Positions 28,088 to 38,348 are shown, numbered from the stretch's first letter. The stretch: 60,737 nt of DNA from Aquificales bacterium (GCA_015487615.1 WFPJ01000121.1:1-60737), one strand, 5' to 3'. Numbers and translations are program-made. The notes: generated by a model from the sequence alone, not told the origin.

Positions 28088-28468
28088 ATGCCTTGGAATA
28101 AGGAGGAGATATTGAAGAAATACAGGGTGGATGAAATAGATTCCAAATTACTTGTTAATGAACTTGAGCGTAAGTTGAGGGAAGTTCCGCCTACCATGGA
28201 GTATCTCAGAAATCTTATACTTGATATAAGACTTTTCTATAGGATAATTACAGATCCAGAAAATAATATATCTCCAGAAGCAAGGAGAGATATACTTTCC
28301 GCAATTAATTATTTTTTAGAGGATGAGGATACTATACCCGACTGGATACCCCTTATAGGCTATATTGATGATTCAAAGATTGTAAAGTATGTGAAGGAGA
28401 AACACAAGGAAGAGATAGAAGCCTATCTCAGGAGTAAAGAAAGGCAGTTTATAACAAACTATATCTAA
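28088..28468 (+). CDS. DUF1232 (YkvA-like) family protein
   Basis: IPDWIPLIGYIDD motif typical of DUF1232. Confidence 0.55.
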   Translation: MPWNKEEILKKYRVDEIDSKLLVNELERKLREVPPTMEYLRNLILDIRLFYRIITDPENNISPEARRDILSAINYFLEDEDTIPDWIPLIGYIDDSKIVKYVKEKHKEEIEAYLRSKERQFITNYI

Positions 28469-28471
28469 GGT

Positions 28472-29446
28472 ATGCTTTTATATATACTTAGAAGACTTAT
28501 TCATGCTATACCTACAATTATAGGTGTTACCTTCATATCCTTCCTTATAATAAAGCTGGCCCCGGGTGATTATCTTGATCAGCTTAAGATGAATCCCCAA
28601 ATCTCTCCGGAAACCATAGAGAGGTTAAGAAAGCTTTACGGATTGGATGAACCCCTTCTTATCCAGTACCTGAAGTGGCTTAAATCCGCTATATTTTTTG
28701 ATCTCGGATATTCCTTCCAATATCATGCTCCCGTAACACAACTTATATGGGAAAGGATCCCGAACACCCTTCTTCTTTCTGTAAGCTCTGCCTTGCTCTC
28801 ATGGTCAATTGCTGTTCCCCTAGGTATAATAGCTGCTGTTAAGGAAAACACTTTAATAGATAGATTTATAAGGGTCTTCTCTTATACCTTTATGTCCCTT
28901 CCTAGCTTCTTTCTTGCTTTTTTGCTTCTGTGGTTTTCCGCTGAGACAGGTCTTCTACCCACTGGCGGTGCAAGGAGTCCTGATTATGAAAGTCTTTCTC
29001 TATTAGGTAAGATATGGGATATAATACTCCACCTTACTGTTCCCGCACTTACACTTGCCCTTGTTTCCTTAGCGGGTCTTACAAGATTGGTAAGAAGCGC
29101 GGTTCTTGAAGTGCTTGACAGTCCTATGATGGTTATGCTTAAGGCTAAGGGAGTTTCTGATAGGGTTATCATAAAGCATGTGATAAAAAACGCCATGAAT
29201 CCCTTTATTACTCTCCTCGGTTATGAGATAGCTTCCCTTATTTCAGGTGCTGCCCTAATTGAAATCATAGTGGGTTGGCCAGGAATGGGTATGCTTATAC
29301 TTGACGCTGTCCTATCTCAGGATCTATTTCTTGTGATGGGAAGCTTATATATAGGTACTATAATGCTTATTGTAGGTAATCTGTTCGCTGACATTATGCT
29401 TTCCATAATAGATCCAAGGGTAAGAGAAAGGGAGGTTATGGCATGA
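28472..29446 (+). CDS. ABC transporter permease, peptide/nickel (DppB/OppB-like) family
   Basis: 324 aa, 6 TM, with an N-terminal LRRLIHAIPTIIGVTFISFLI and an EAA-like loop. No partner subunits lie adjacent. Confidence 0.8.
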   Translation: MLLYILRRLIHAIPTIIGVTFISFLIIKLAPGDYLDQLKMNPQISPETIERLRKLYGLDEPLLIQYLKWLKSAIFFDLGYSFQYHAPVTQLIWERIPNTLLLSVSSALLSWSIAVPLGIIAAVKENTLIDRFIRVFSYTFMSLPSFFLAFLLLWFSAETGLLPTGGARSPDYESLSLLGKIWDIILHLTVPALTLALVSLAGLTRLVRSAVLEVLDSPMMVMLKAKGVSDRVIIKHVIKNAMNPFITLLGYEIASLISGAALIEIIVGWPGMGMLILDAVLSQDLFLVMGSLYIGTIMLIVGNLFADIMLSIIDPRVREREVMA

Positions 29447-29991
29447 AAAAGGTTGCGATTATTTTGGCTCCAGGATATGAGGAAATTGAGGCTGTAGCTC
29501 CTATTGATATTTTAAGAAGGGCTGGGATTGAAGTTATTATAGCGGGTCTTACCAGTGAACCTGTTCCCAGCGCAAGGGATGTAAAAATTGTTCCAGACGT
29601 TACCGTTGATTCCCTTGATCCGGCAGAGCTGGACCTCGTTATATTGCCAGGAGGAGCAGGAGGTGTTGAAAATCTTAAAAAGGATGAAAGGGTTAAGAGG
29701 CTTGTTAATTCAATGATGGAAAAAAACAAAAAGGTTGCTGCCATATGTGCTGCACCCACTGCCCTTGTAGCTTACGGTGTGCTGGGTGAAAGAAAGGCTA
29801 CTGTTTACCCAAGCTTGAAAGACAATTTAGGTACCGCTACCTATGTAGATGAGAAGGTTGTAGTAGATGAAGGTATTATTACAAGCCAAGGTCCCGGTAC
29901 AGCAATAGATTTCGGACTCAAGATCGTTGAGATACTTCTAGGTTACGAAAAGGCTAAGGAGGTGGCTGAAAGGTTACTTGTTGAATATTGA
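29443..29991 (+). CDS. DJ-1/PfpI family protein
   Basis: Nucleophile-elbow Cys in AAICAAP, GGAGG loop, 182 aa. Confidence 0.85.
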   Translation: MKKVAIILAPGYEEIEAVAPIDILRRAGIEVIIAGLTSEPVPSARDVKIVPDVTVDSLDPAELDLVILPGGAGGVENLKKDERVKRLVNSMMEKNKKVAAICAAPTALVAYGVLGERKATVYPSLKDNLGTATYVDEKVVVDEGIITSQGPGTAIDFGLKIVEILLGYEKAKEVAERLLVEY

Positions 29992-31169
29992 GTATGCTAC
30001 AGATAAGGGTTAAACCGGGTATAGAAGACAGAATAAGGGGTTACTTTCCTTGGATATATAAGCCGGAGATTGCATCTTATTCGCGCAAGCCCAAGAAAGG
30101 GGAAATAGTTACCGTAAGAGATTACGGAGGTAAGTTCCTTGGATACGGATATATAAATCCTGAGGTGAGTATAGCGGTAAGGATACTATCCTTTGATAAG
30201 GAAGAGAAGATAAATGATGATCTTATAAGGAAAAGGATAAGGGATGCTTACAACTACAGGATGAGATTGAATATAGAAAGTAATGCTATGAGGATAATTC
30301 ACTCGGAGGGGGATTTACTGCCGGGTCTTGTCGTGGATAAATACGATGATTATTTAGTTGTTGAATTTACAACCTACGGTATGAATATGTTCAGGGATGT
30401 TATATTGGACGCCCTTGTTGATCTTTTAAAACCAAAAGGTATATACGAGAAGGTAAATGATTTTGCAAATAGGATAGAGGGTATTGAGGCGGAGGAGAGG
30501 GTATTGTACGGTGAAGTTCCGGAAGAGATTATCATATGGGAACATGATTTAAAGTACAAGGTAAATATCCCGGAGGGTCAAAAGACCGGTTTTTTCCTTG
30601 ATCAAAGGAATACCAGGAAACTTATAAGAAACTTTGTTGAGGAGGGTGATAGATGTCTTGATGTTTTTTGTCATACAGGTGGTTTCGCCCTCAATATGAT
30701 AAAAGCGGGGGCAAAAGAGGTTATAGCCATAGATATATCGGAACAAGCCCTGAGGGTCGGGAAAGAGAATGCTGAGCTTAATGGACTTAATGGAATAACT
30801 TGGGTAAAAGAGAATGCCTTTGACTTCTTGAAAAGCTTATATAAGCAGGGAGAGATGTTTGATGTTATAGTAATAGATCCGCCTTCCTTTGCCAAAAACA
30901 GGGCATCTGTCCCAAACGCATTGAGGGGTTACAAGGAACTTTGTGTCAGGGGACTTAAGCTAACCAAACCGGGCGGTTATCTTGTTATATTCTCATGTTC
31001 ATTCCATATAACGGAAAATCATCTCATGGAAGTTTTAACAGAAGCTTCTTACGATGTCAGAAGACAGGTAAGGGTTGTGGCCAAAACCTTTCAGGACCTT
31101 GATCATCCCTGGATACTCCAGATGCCCAACACCTTGTATCTTAAAGGTATATGGGTTGAGGTTATATAG
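29988..31169 (+). CDS. RlmI-like SAM-dependent rRNA (cytosine-C5) methyltransferase with PUA-like N-domain
   Basis: N-terminal PUA-like fold, SAM motif LDVFCHTGGF, and VIVIDPPSF. Confidence 0.75.
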   Translation: MSMLQIRVKPGIEDRIRGYFPWIYKPEIASYSRKPKKGEIVTVRDYGGKFLGYGYINPEVSIAVRILSFDKEEKINDDLIRKRIRDAYNYRMRLNIESNAMRIIHSEGDLLPGLVVDKYDDYLVVEFTTYGMNMFRDVILDALVDLLKPKGIYEKVNDFANRIEGIEAEERVLYGEVPEEIIIWEHDLKYKVNIPEGQKTGFFLDQRNTRKLIRNFVEEGDRCLDVFCHTGGFALNMIKAGAKEVIAIDISEQALRVGKENAELNGLNGITWVKENAFDFLKSLYKQGEMFDVIVIDPPSFAKNRASVPNALRGYKELCVRGLKLTKPGGYLVIFSCSFHITENHLMEVLTEASYDVRRQVRVVAKTFQDLDHPWILQMPNTLYLKGIWVEVI

Positions 31170-31817
31170 CTATTCACCGCACCTTAAAACCTTAGCTTCA
31201 TAAGGAATAACACCCCTTTTTATCATTCCGAGCTTTTTTGCTGCCCCGTAGGAAAGATCAAGATTTCTTCCCCTTATAAAGGGTCCCCTGTCTATAACCT
31301 TTACCCTTACCTTTTTCCCATTCTCCAGATTTTTCACTTCAAGAACGGTACCTAAGGGCAATGTTCTATGTGCTGCATACATACCGTACATATCAAAAGG
31401 TTTACCCGAAGCGGTCTTTCTTCCGTGAAAGTCCGCTCCATACCATGATGCATATCCTCTTATGAATCTTGGACAGTGTTTTATTCCCGTTTTACCGCAC
31501 CTCTTTATATCAACCTTTACCTCTATACTTTCCCTGTTTCCGAAAAGCTTTTTATACTTCAGAGGTATGCAGTTTTCGTTTCCTTTTCTTGTAGAAAGGA
31601 TTATGCTTTTACCCGTGTATGTGTCCGTAATTTTCACCCTGCTGAAAGGTTGTATAAGAGGTGTGAGGAAATGGTGGGTAGGACAGAAGCTTACCTTAAT
31701 ATAACCTTTGACATCACATTTTGCTTCAACAGTACCACCGTAATATATGTTGTTCCTCGGCAGTACACAGGAGGATAGACCAGCCATCAGTGTAATAAGC
31801 AGAAATTTAATCCGCAT
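31170..31817 (-). CDS. rlpA: RlpA-like lipoprotein (DPBB domain lytic transglycosylase family)
   Basis: Lipobox MRIKFLLITLMAGLSSC and a DPBB block GYASWYGADFHGRKTASG...VKVIDRGPF. The track's 5' extension to 32129 is rejected. Confidence 0.85.
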   Translation of the reverse strand: MRIKFLLITLMAGLSSCVLPRNNIYYGGTVEAKCDVKGYIKVSFCPTHHFLTPLIQPFSRVKITDTYTGKSIILSTRKGNENCIPLKYKKLFGNRESIEVKVDIKRCGKTGIKHCPRFIRGYASWYGADFHGRKTASGKPFDMYGMYAAHRTLPLGTVLEVKNLENGKKVRVKVIDRGPFIRGRNLDLSYGAAKKLGMIKRGVIPYEAKVLRCGE

Positions 31818-31835
31818 TAAACTTAAAATAGTATT

Positions 31836-32972
31836 ATGAAAGAAATATTGATGGGAATAGGCACCGCGGGTTTGAAGCCTTCCGGTAATCCGGATGTACT
31901 TCTCCTTTATTTTCCAATGGAATTTCCAGCTCACTTTATATTTACCAAAAATCGTATTAAATCTGGCTCGGTTGAATACTCGCAAAAAGCTCTTGAAGAG
32001 TCTGGGGGTTATGTGAGGGCTATATTTATAAACAGCGGAAATGCAAACTGTATGGCGGGGGACACTGTAGGAACGGCGGAGGAGATAGCTTCTTATATTA
32101 GTAGAAAGTTTGATATAAGAAGGGAACATGTTCTTATATTTTCCACCGGCATAATAGGGGAGCCTTTGCCCGTTGAAAGCGTTAAAAGGGCTGTAGATGA
32201 TGCCTGTAAAATATTGGAACCCCTTGATCTTAAAAGGGCTTCCGAGGTTATATCAACTACCGACAGCTTTCCTAAATATGATTTTGTTAAACATGACAAT
32301 ATTGAAGTATTCGGTTTTGCTAAGGGTGCAGGTATGATACATCCCAACATGGCTACCATGCTTGCCTTTATTTTTACCAATGCGGATATGGATCCAAAGT
32401 ATATAAAGCAACTTACAAAGAGGGTGGGTGATGTAACCTTTAATTCCATAACGGTTGACGGATGCACAAGTACCAATGACAGTTTTGGGATCATATCCTT
32501 GTGCGATATAAAGGTTGATAGAAAGGAATTGGAAGATGTGGTAACAGAGGTTGCGAAGAGACTTGCCAAAAAGATAGTTGAGGACGGTGAAGGGGCTACA
32601 AAGGTAATAAAGGTGGTAGTTAAAGGTGCTGAGAATGAATTGATGGCTAGGGATATGGCGGAGAGGGTGGCGGTTTCCCAGCTCGTGAAGACCGCTATTC
32701 ATGGCTGTGACCCTAACTGGGGGAGAATAATATCCGCTGTAGGTACTTCACCTTATGAGTTTGATCCGAAAAGGGTTGAGATTAAAATAGGAGATATTAT
32801 CCTTTATAAAGGTGAGCCAATTGATAACAGAAAGGTTGCAAGGGATTATATGATGGCAAATAAGGAGATTTTAATTGAGGTAAACCTTAATATGGGTAAC
32901 GCCATGTGGATATACTATTCTTCCGATCTTACCTGTGATTATGTGAGATTGAATTCGGAGTATACTACTTGA
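31836..32972 (+). CDS. argJ: Bifunctional ornithine acetyltransferase / N-acetylglutamate synthase
   Basis: Autoprocessing site [14 protein letters not shown], and conserved GCTSTNDS and HGCDPNWGR. Confidence 0.9.
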   Translation: MKEILMGIGTAGLKPSGNPDVLLLYFPMEFPAHFIFTKNRIKSGSVEYSQKALEESGGYVRAIFINSGNANCMAGDTVGTAEEIASYISRKFDIRREHVLIFSTGIIGEPLPVESVKRAVDDACKILEPLDLKRASEVISTTDSFPKYDFVKHDNIEVFGFAKGAGMIHPNMATMLAFIFTNADMDPKYIKQLTKRVGDVTFNSITVDGCTSTNDSFGIISLCDIKVDRKELEDVVTEVAKRLAKKIVEDGEGATKVIKVVVKGAENELMARDMAERVAVSQLVKTAIHGCDPNWGRIISAVGTSPYEFDPKRVEIKIGDIILYKGEPIDNRKVARDYMMANKEILIEVNLNMGNAMWIYYSSDLTCDYVRLNSEYTT

Positions 32973-32982
32973 GGGTAAGGGC

Positions 32983-33849
32983 ATGAGGGGTCTTTTGGAA
33001 GCACTGCCTTTTATAATTTTTATGCTTGGTATAATAGCGGTAGTTCTTGGCGGAGACATATTTAAATTGATAGGGGGTCTTATGATGGGTATATCACCAA
33101 TCATCGTGTTATTAGTCCTTGTGATCATATTTTTGATTACAGCCATAAAGATAGTTCCAGAATATGAAAGAGCGGTTATTTTTAGGCTTGGAAGGGTTAT
33201 AGGTGCAAAGGGTCCGGGTCTTTTTATCCTTATACCAATTATAGATAGGATGGTAAAGGTGTCCTTAAGGACTATAACCCTTGATGTTCCTACGCAGGAT
33301 ATTATTACGAGGGACAATGTTTCTGTTAGCGTTGATGCGGTTGTATATTTTAGGGTTGTTGATCCTGTCAAGGCGATAGTGGAGGTTGAAGATTATTTGT
33401 ATGCTACATCCCAGATAGCCCAGACCACCTTGCGTAGTGTATGCGGTGAAGCGGAACTTGATGAGCTTCTCTCCCAAAGGGAAAAGCTTAATATTAAACT
33501 TCAGGAGATAATAGACAAGCAAACGGATCCTTGGGGTGTTAAGGTTGTGGCAGTTGAGCTAAAGAAGATAGATCTTCCTGAGGATCTAAGGAAGGCTATA
33601 GCAAGACAGGCGGAGGCGGAAAGGGAAAGAAGAGCTAAGATTATCTCTGCTGAGGCTGAATATCAAGCGGCTCAGAAACTTCTTGAAGCTGCGCGCATTC
33701 TTTCAACGGAACCCATAGCAATCCAACTGAGATATCTTGAAACCTTGCATACCATAGGTCTTCAGAATGCTAAGACAATCGTGTTTCCCTTCCCATTTGA
33801 CCTTATACAGTATATGAGTAAAACAAAGGAGGCTAAACGTGATGGATAA
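32983..33849 (+). CDS. SPFH/band-7 (stomatin/prohibitin-like) membrane protein
   Basis: N-terminal TM, then a band-7 core ([11 protein letters not shown] ... TRDNV ... [10 protein letters not shown]) and an Ala/Glu-rich coiled coil. Confidence 0.9.
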   Translation: MRGLLEALPFIIFMLGIIAVVLGGDIFKLIGGLMMGISPIIVLLVLVIIFLITAIKIVPEYERAVIFRLGRVIGAKGPGLFILIPIIDRMVKVSLRTITLDVPTQDIITRDNVSVSVDAVVYFRVVDPVKAIVEVEDYLYATSQIAQTTLRSVCGEAELDELLSQREKLNIKLQEIIDKQTDPWGVKVVAVELKKIDLPEDLRKAIARQAEAERERRAKIISAEAEYQAAQKLLEAARILSTEPIAIQLRYLETLHTIGLQNAKTIVFPFPFDLIQYMSKTKEAKRDG

Positions 33850-34711
33850 TGTTTACAATCCCTTTGCTTACATATTTAACATTTTCTGGATTCTTTTTTT
33901 CATTTTTCTGTTCTTAGGACCTTTCTGGAGGAGATATGCACTTAACAGGGCAAGGGAGGAGGTTATAGAAAAGCTTGAAAGGAAAAGGAAAAGCAGGGTT
34001 ATAACTATGATACACCGTCAGGAACAGCTGGGATTTTTCGGTATTCCCATATTCAGGTATATAACCATAGAAGACTCGGAGAGGGTTTTAAGGGCTATAA
34101 GGATGACACCTAAAGATATGCCTATTGATCTTATAATACACACACCGGGGGGCTTGGCACTTGCTGCAACACAAATAGCAAATGCTTTGCTTAAACATGA
34201 AGCTCCTGTGAGGGTGATTGTTCCTCATTTTGCTATGTCGGGCGGTACTCTTATAGCCCTTTCCGCTGATGAAATAATTATGGATCCCAATGCGGTCCTC
34301 GGTCCCGTGGATCCACAAATAGGACAGATGCCCGCAGCTTCCATCCTTAGTGTTCTTGAAAAAAAGGAATATAAGGATATAGATGATCAGACCCTTATTT
34401 ACGCGGATGTTGCTCAAAAGGCGATAAAACAGATGAAGGAGTATCTTAAGAACCTGCTTGTCACCAACGGTATGGATGAGAAAAAAGCTGAACATATAGC
34501 GGAGGAGCTATCCGTGGGTAAATTTACCCACGACTATCCCCTTACCGTTGATTATTTGAAGGAGCTAGGCCTTAATGTTAAAACTGAGGTGCCGGAAGAG
34601 GTTTATGAACTTATGGAATTGTATGACCAGCCAATGGGCAGTCAACCACCATCCGTTCAGTACATACCCGTTCCTTATAGGAACATGCCAGATCATAAGA
34701 AGCAAGCATAG
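33839..34711 (+). CDS. Membrane-anchored Clp-fold serine protease (SDH / NfeD-like class) partnered with stomatin
   Basis: N-terminal TM and a ClpP-like core with HTPGG and [10 protein letters not shown]. It overlaps the stomatin stop (start GTG 33839 or ATG 33842). Confidence 0.6.
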   Translation: MMDNVYNPFAYIFNIFWILFFIFLFLGPFWRRYALNRAREEVIEKLERKRKSRVITMIHRQEQLGFFGIPIFRYITIEDSERVLRAIRMTPKDMPIDLIIHTPGGLALAATQIANALLKHEAPVRVIVPHFAMSGGTLIALSADEIIMDPNAVLGPVDPQIGQMPAASILSVLEKKEYKDIDDQTLIYADVAQKAIKQMKEYLKNLLVTNGMDEKKAEHIAEELSVGKFTHDYPLTVDYLKELGLNVKTEVPEEVYELMELYDQPMGSQPPSVQYIPVPYRNMPDHKKQA

Positions 34712-34723
34712 GGTGAGCATATC

Positions 34724-35242
34724 ATGTTTAGATTCAATTTTATAATCCTTATCCTTGCGGGTATTCTGTGGGCGGGAGAGAAGGAAGATTCCGCCAAATT
34801 TGTTCAAACCCCTTATTCCGCCCCCTTCAAAGCTGTAGTTGAATTCTACTTTGATCATCCAGAGAAGATAGGACCTGCCCTCTCTTGGGTATCCAATATA
34901 CTTATAGTGTTGACAAATCCACCCTACAGCTTTATGCCCGATGATATAGACATTGTTGTTGTAATTCACGGTACAGAAATAGTTACAACGGTGAAGAAAA
35001 ACAGGGATAAGTACAAGGAAATTGTAGAAAGGATGGAAAGCCTTGCAATGCAGGGTGTGAAATTTAAAGTGTGCAAAATGGCTGCGGAGATGCTTTACGG
35101 TTATAGGAAAGAAGACTTTTATCCCTTTGTTGAGCTTGTGCCGTCCGCCATAACCGAAATACTTCATTGGCAACAGAAAGGTTATGCCCTTCTTATACCA
35201 AGGGTGCTTGAGAAGAAGGTTGAAAGGGAAGATATAAGGTAG
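34724..35242 (+). CDS. DsrE/DsrF-like family protein with signal peptide
   Basis: About 170 aa with a DsrE-like pattern (VVIHGTEI ... KFKVCKMA). Recognised only at family level. Confidence 0.5.
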   Translation: MFRFNFIILILAGILWAGEKEDSAKFVQTPYSAPFKAVVEFYFDHPEKIGPALSWVSNILIVLTNPPYSFMPDDIDIVVVIHGTEIVTTVKKNRDKYKEIVERMESLAMQGVKFKVCKMAAEMLYGYRKEDFYPFVELVPSAITEILHWQQKGYALLIPRVLEKKVEREDIR

Positions 35243-35907
35243 TGGAATTTCCACATTTATATGAGGCTGTATTTATACGTAGGATTAATAGATTTGTGGG
35301 TGAAATAGAGATAAAAGGTAAGATATACAGGGCATTAATCAGAAATACGGGAAGGCTTATTGAGGTTCTTTATAAAGGAAATAAAGTTTTTGTGTCAAAA
35401 AAGGATACGGGTAAATGTCCCTATGAGATAGTACTTGCTACTGATGGAGATGTGCTTGTTTGTATTGATTCTCATATAGCGCCGAAGCTACTTGCGGAAG
35501 CTATACAAAAAGGTGTTATAGATTACGGTAATGTAAGAGATATAAAATTTGAGGTATCTTTGAACTCTTCACGCCTTGATATGCTTATTGAAAGAGAGAA
35601 AGACAGGATATTTCTTGAAGTAAAATCGGTCAACATAGTAAAGGAAGGGGTTGGTTTATTCCCCGATGCTCCCACGGAAAGGGGAAGGAGGCATCTTAGA
35701 GAGCTTATGAAAATAAGAGGTGGTGAGATTGCCTTTGTAGTTCAAAGGGAGGACGCCCTATGCTTTGCACCTTACACTGAAATAGATAAGGAATTTGATG
35801 CTTTAATCAGGAAGTTCAAAAGTGCGGGTAAGGGTGTAAGGGCGTTTGTGTGTAATGTAAATTTATCTTCAATAAATATAAAAGGGGAAATACCTCTTTG
35901 TTTTTGA
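35242..35907 (+). CDS. sfsA: SfsA (sugar fermentation stimulation protein) family nuclease-like protein
   Basis: The N-terminus (FIRRINRFVGEIEIKG...ALIRNTGRL) and VEVKSV...FPDAPTERGRRHL match the SfsA pattern. Confidence 0.8.
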   Translation: MEFPHLYEAVFIRRINRFVGEIEIKGKIYRALIRNTGRLIEVLYKGNKVFVSKKDTGKCPYEIVLATDGDVLVCIDSHIAPKLLAEAIQKGVIDYGNVRDIKFEVSLNSSRLDMLIEREKDRIFLEVKSVNIVKEGVGLFPDAPTERGRRHLRELMKIRGGEIAFVVQREDALCFAPYTEIDKEFDALIRKFKSAGKGVRAFVCNVNLSSINIKGEIPLCF

Positions 35908-35936
35908 TATAATAAAAAGCCCCGGAGGTTTCGGTA

Positions 35937-36233
35937 ATGTATGCGGTTATAGAGCTGGGCGGTAAACAGTATATGGTATCAGAGGGTGACAGGATAAAGG
36001 TTGAAAAAATGGATGTAAATGAACAGGAAGAGATTACAATAAATCCCATTATGGTGAAAAAGGAAGATGGAACTCTTGAATTCGGAAAAGGGACGGTGAA
36101 GGCAAAAGTTGTCTCACACGGTAAGCACAAGAAGGTGATAGTCTTTAAATACAAGCCCAAAAAAAATTACAAGAGGTGGAAAGGTCACAGACAGCTTTAT
36201 ACGGAGATAAGCATAGAGAAAATAGACGTATAA
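35937..36233 (+). CDS. rplU: 50S ribosomal protein L21
   Basis: [18 protein letters not shown] ... [26 protein letters not shown]. Confidence 0.95.
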   Translation: MYAVIELGGKQYMVSEGDRIKVEKMDVNEQEEITINPIMVKKEDGTLEFGKGTVKAKVVSHGKHKKVIVFKYKPKKNYKRWKGHRQLYTEISIEKIDV

Positions 36234-36258
36234 TTGTAACTAAGCGGAGGTAAGGAAG

Positions 36259-36522
36259 ATGGCTTCCAAGGCAAGCGGAGGCTCAACACGGAACGGCAGA
36301 GATAGTAGATCAAAAAGATTAGGTGTTAAAAGATACGGGGGGCAGGTTGTAAAAGCGGGTAACATAATAGTAAGGCAGAGAGGTACAAAGATATACCCAG
36401 GTGCAAATGTAGGTATGGGCTCTGACTTTACACTCTTTGCCTTGAAGGACGGAGTTGTTAAATTTGAAAGGAGAAAGAATAAAAAGTTTGTAAGTGTTAT
36501 ACCACTGGAGGAAGCGAGCTAG
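36259..36522 (+). CDS. rpmA: 50S ribosomal protein L27
   Basis: [29 protein letters not shown]...QRGTKIYPG. Confidence 0.95.
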   Translation: MASKASGGSTRNGRDSRSKRLGVKRYGGQVVKAGNIIVRQRGTKIYPGANVGMGSDFTLFALKDGVVKFERRKNKKFVSVIPLEEAS

Positions 36523-37439
36523 AAAACTTCTGATTCAACCTTGAAAAGATTCAAGAGTGTGGTACCTGGATTACGCTTACCTTGTTCTAAGGCAAAAGCA
36601 GTGTAGAGCGCTATATCTTGAAACTTCATAGGTTTGACAGGTTCTATTGATATTTTTATAAATTTCCCTTTTTCAATGAAGTATTTAATATCGCTTAGCA
36701 CCTTCCTGTGGGAAGGACTATCCGTTTTACTTATAGTTTCATCCAGAGATTTCTTTATTTTTGCTTTAAATTCTTCTGGTGTTAATCCCTCATCCTTCGC
36801 TAGGTACTTTATAAATCTGTCCCTGAAATCCCTATTTTCGTAGGAAAAACCTATTCTGAACAGTTTTAGCGACCCAAATTCTGACATTGCCTCAATCACT
36901 TCTTCTTCTGTTAATTCCTTTTTTCCAAAAATCTTTTTCCAGAAACTAGGATCAAAGTTTCCAATATCCGCAAAGAATTCCAAGGAGAAGGCAGGGTGGA
37001 CTATAAGCTTGAAGCTTTTTATACTTGCCTTATTTTCCTTTTTGTTTACTTCCATATCAATGTAAAGATCAAATCTTGTATCTTTATAATCCAATTCCTT
37101 AAAAAAATTAAGTGCCTTTATATATTGTTCCTTTCTAGGACCTTCAACCATTTTGAGGTCTTTCATAAGGATAACAAAATTAAAGAGATCTTCGTATCGG
37201 TACACTATCACCTCTTCTACAAGGAAGGTATCACCTTCGTTATGTATGAACAACTTCTTTATCCTTATATTTCTGTCAATCAGTGAAAAGTCAACATCCT
37301 CATATTGTATATCCTCTCCGCTTTTTGCAAAATCATCTATTATTTTTTTTACCTTTCTCTCCATATACTTATCAAAGGCGAATATGCCTATGATAATTAT
37401 CCCTATAATTAATACAACCGGGATTATTATCCTTTTCAC
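36519..37439 (-). CDS. Hypothetical N-terminally anchored protein (306 aa); no family recognised
   Basis: One N-terminal TM ([19 protein letters not shown]), then a K/E-rich soluble domain. The coding frame is clean and convergent with rpmA. Confidence 0.55.
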   Translation of the reverse strand: MKRIIIPVVLIIGIIIIGIFAFDKYMERKVKKIIDDFAKSGEDIQYEDVDFSLIDRNIRIKKLFIHNEGDTFLVEEVIVYRYEDLFNFVILMKDLKMVEGPRKEQYIKALNFFKELDYKDTRFDLYIDMEVNKKENKASIKSFKLIVHPAFSLEFFADIGNFDPSFWKKIFGKKELTEEEVIEAMSEFGSLKLFRIGFSYENRDFRDRFIKYLAKDEGLTPEEFKAKIKKSLDETISKTDSPSHRKVLSDIKYFIEKGKFIKISIEPVKPMKFQDIALYTAFALEQGKRNPGTTLLNLFKVESEVF

Positions 37440-37441
37440 CC

Positions 37442-38098
37442 CTACACCCTTACACCAATTATTATAAGCACCGCACCTCCCAGCTTTACAGTTTTTTTTC
37501 TGACAGCAAATCCGTGTCTTTCAAGCTCTTCCCTTATCTGGTCATAGGTGAGGCTGTTTTCAAGTGAGTGGATGAAGAAATCCCACTTGTCTTTACCGAA
37601 GATAAGAATACCCACTGGTTTAAGGATGGTCCGAGAAAGAAATTTAAGAAGGTCTATAAGGGCTGTCTTATTAATATCAAGTATTCCTATTTTTCCTCCC
37701 TTCTTGAGAACCCTGCGAGCCTCTTCCAAAAATTTGTCCCTGTCGGTGAGGTGTCTGTAAACTAGTGAAAGGGTTATGGTGTCCGCCTTTTCGTCCCTTA
37801 TGGGCATGTTTTCCGCGTCCGCCACAATAAAGTGACAATCTTTGCATTTGTTAACTGCTAGCCTTAGCATCTCATAGGACAGGTCTAAACCGACAACTGT
37901 TTTGTATCCATTCTTTTTACCCTTTACTGCCACCTCCCCAGTGCCAGTGCCTACATCTACCAGTACATCTCCCTTTTTCGTATATTCAAGCATTTCACTT
38001 TGCCAGCTGTGGATCCTTTGTAAGGTTACAACTGAGAGGAAGCTGTCATATATTTTGCTTACTGAGGAAAAAATATCTCCTATAACTCTCTTATTCAT
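37442..38098 (-). CDS. UbiE/MenG-family SAM-dependent methyltransferase
   Basis: VDVGTGTGE SAM motif and UbiE-like FSSVSKIYDSFLSV. Start reset to MNKRVIG (38098); the upstream extension runs antisense through the riboswitch. Confidence 0.75.
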   Translation of the reverse strand: MNKRVIGDIFSSVSKIYDSFLSVVTLQRIHSWQSEMLEYTKKGDVLVDVGTGTGEVAVKGKKNGYKTVVGLDLSYEMLRLAVNKCKDCHFIVADAENMPIRDEKADTITLSLVYRHLTDRDKFLEEARRVLKKGGKIGILDINKTALIDLLKFLSRTILKPVGILIFGKDKWDFFIHSLENSLTYDQIREELERHGFAVRKKTVKLGGAVLIIIGVRV

Positions 38099-38125
38099 AG
38101 TGACATTATAATATTCCTTGAGGTT

Positions 38126-38348
38126 AGGTTTTGGGATGGCGGTGGGTGTTCGGGAAGTCCGGTGAGAATCCGGCCCTGACCCCGCAGCCGTGAGCAGGGA
38201 AGCCGAAAGGCGCCGAAGCCCACAGGCCACTGGCGGAAACGGTCTTGGGGCTGTTCCGTCGGGAAGGCGGGCGGAGGTTAAACCCTGCGAGGCGGAAGAC
38301 CGGCCCACCGCTACTCAGAACCAAACCCTCGGGGGTGTAAGGGTTTGG
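38126..38348 (+). promoter_or_regulatory. Cobalamin (B12) riboswitch including expression-platform hairpin
   Basis: A GC-rich island in AT-rich DNA. It contains GGGAAGTCCGGTGAGAATCCGG...CTGACCCCGCAGCCGTGA and GCCACTG...GGGAAGGC. A B12-box-like GAGGCGGAAGACCGGCC lies at 38289-38305. A closing helix pairs GGCGGTGGG (38139-38147) with CCCACCGC (38305-38312). A 3' hairpin pairs CCAAACCC with GGGTTTGG. TATAAT lies at 38107-38112. Confidence 0.85.

Noticed and set aside
31818-32129. A long N-terminal extension of the RlpA-like ORF overlaps argJ.
   Set aside because: The extension is basic and low-complexity and overlaps the well-supported argJ. An internal ATG at 31817 gives a canonical lipoprotein signal (MRIKFLLITLMAGLSSC).
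32983-35242. I considered the stomatin, Clp-fold protease and DsrE-like gene run as a possible novel system.
   Set aside because: The stomatin/membrane-protease operon pairing is well established. The DsrE-like gene has its own 12-nt spacer and signal peptide, and nothing ties it to the pair beyond adjacency.
38099-38324. Two minus-strand ORFs run through the GC-rich block: the 5' extension of 37442-38308, and 38124-38324.
   Set aside because: Their translations are low-complexity and Arg/Pro/Gly/Ser-rich, and they lie antisense to a sequence with clear cobalamin-riboswitch motifs. The methyltransferase has a proper start at 38098 (MNKRVIG). The open frames are a GC-content artefact.
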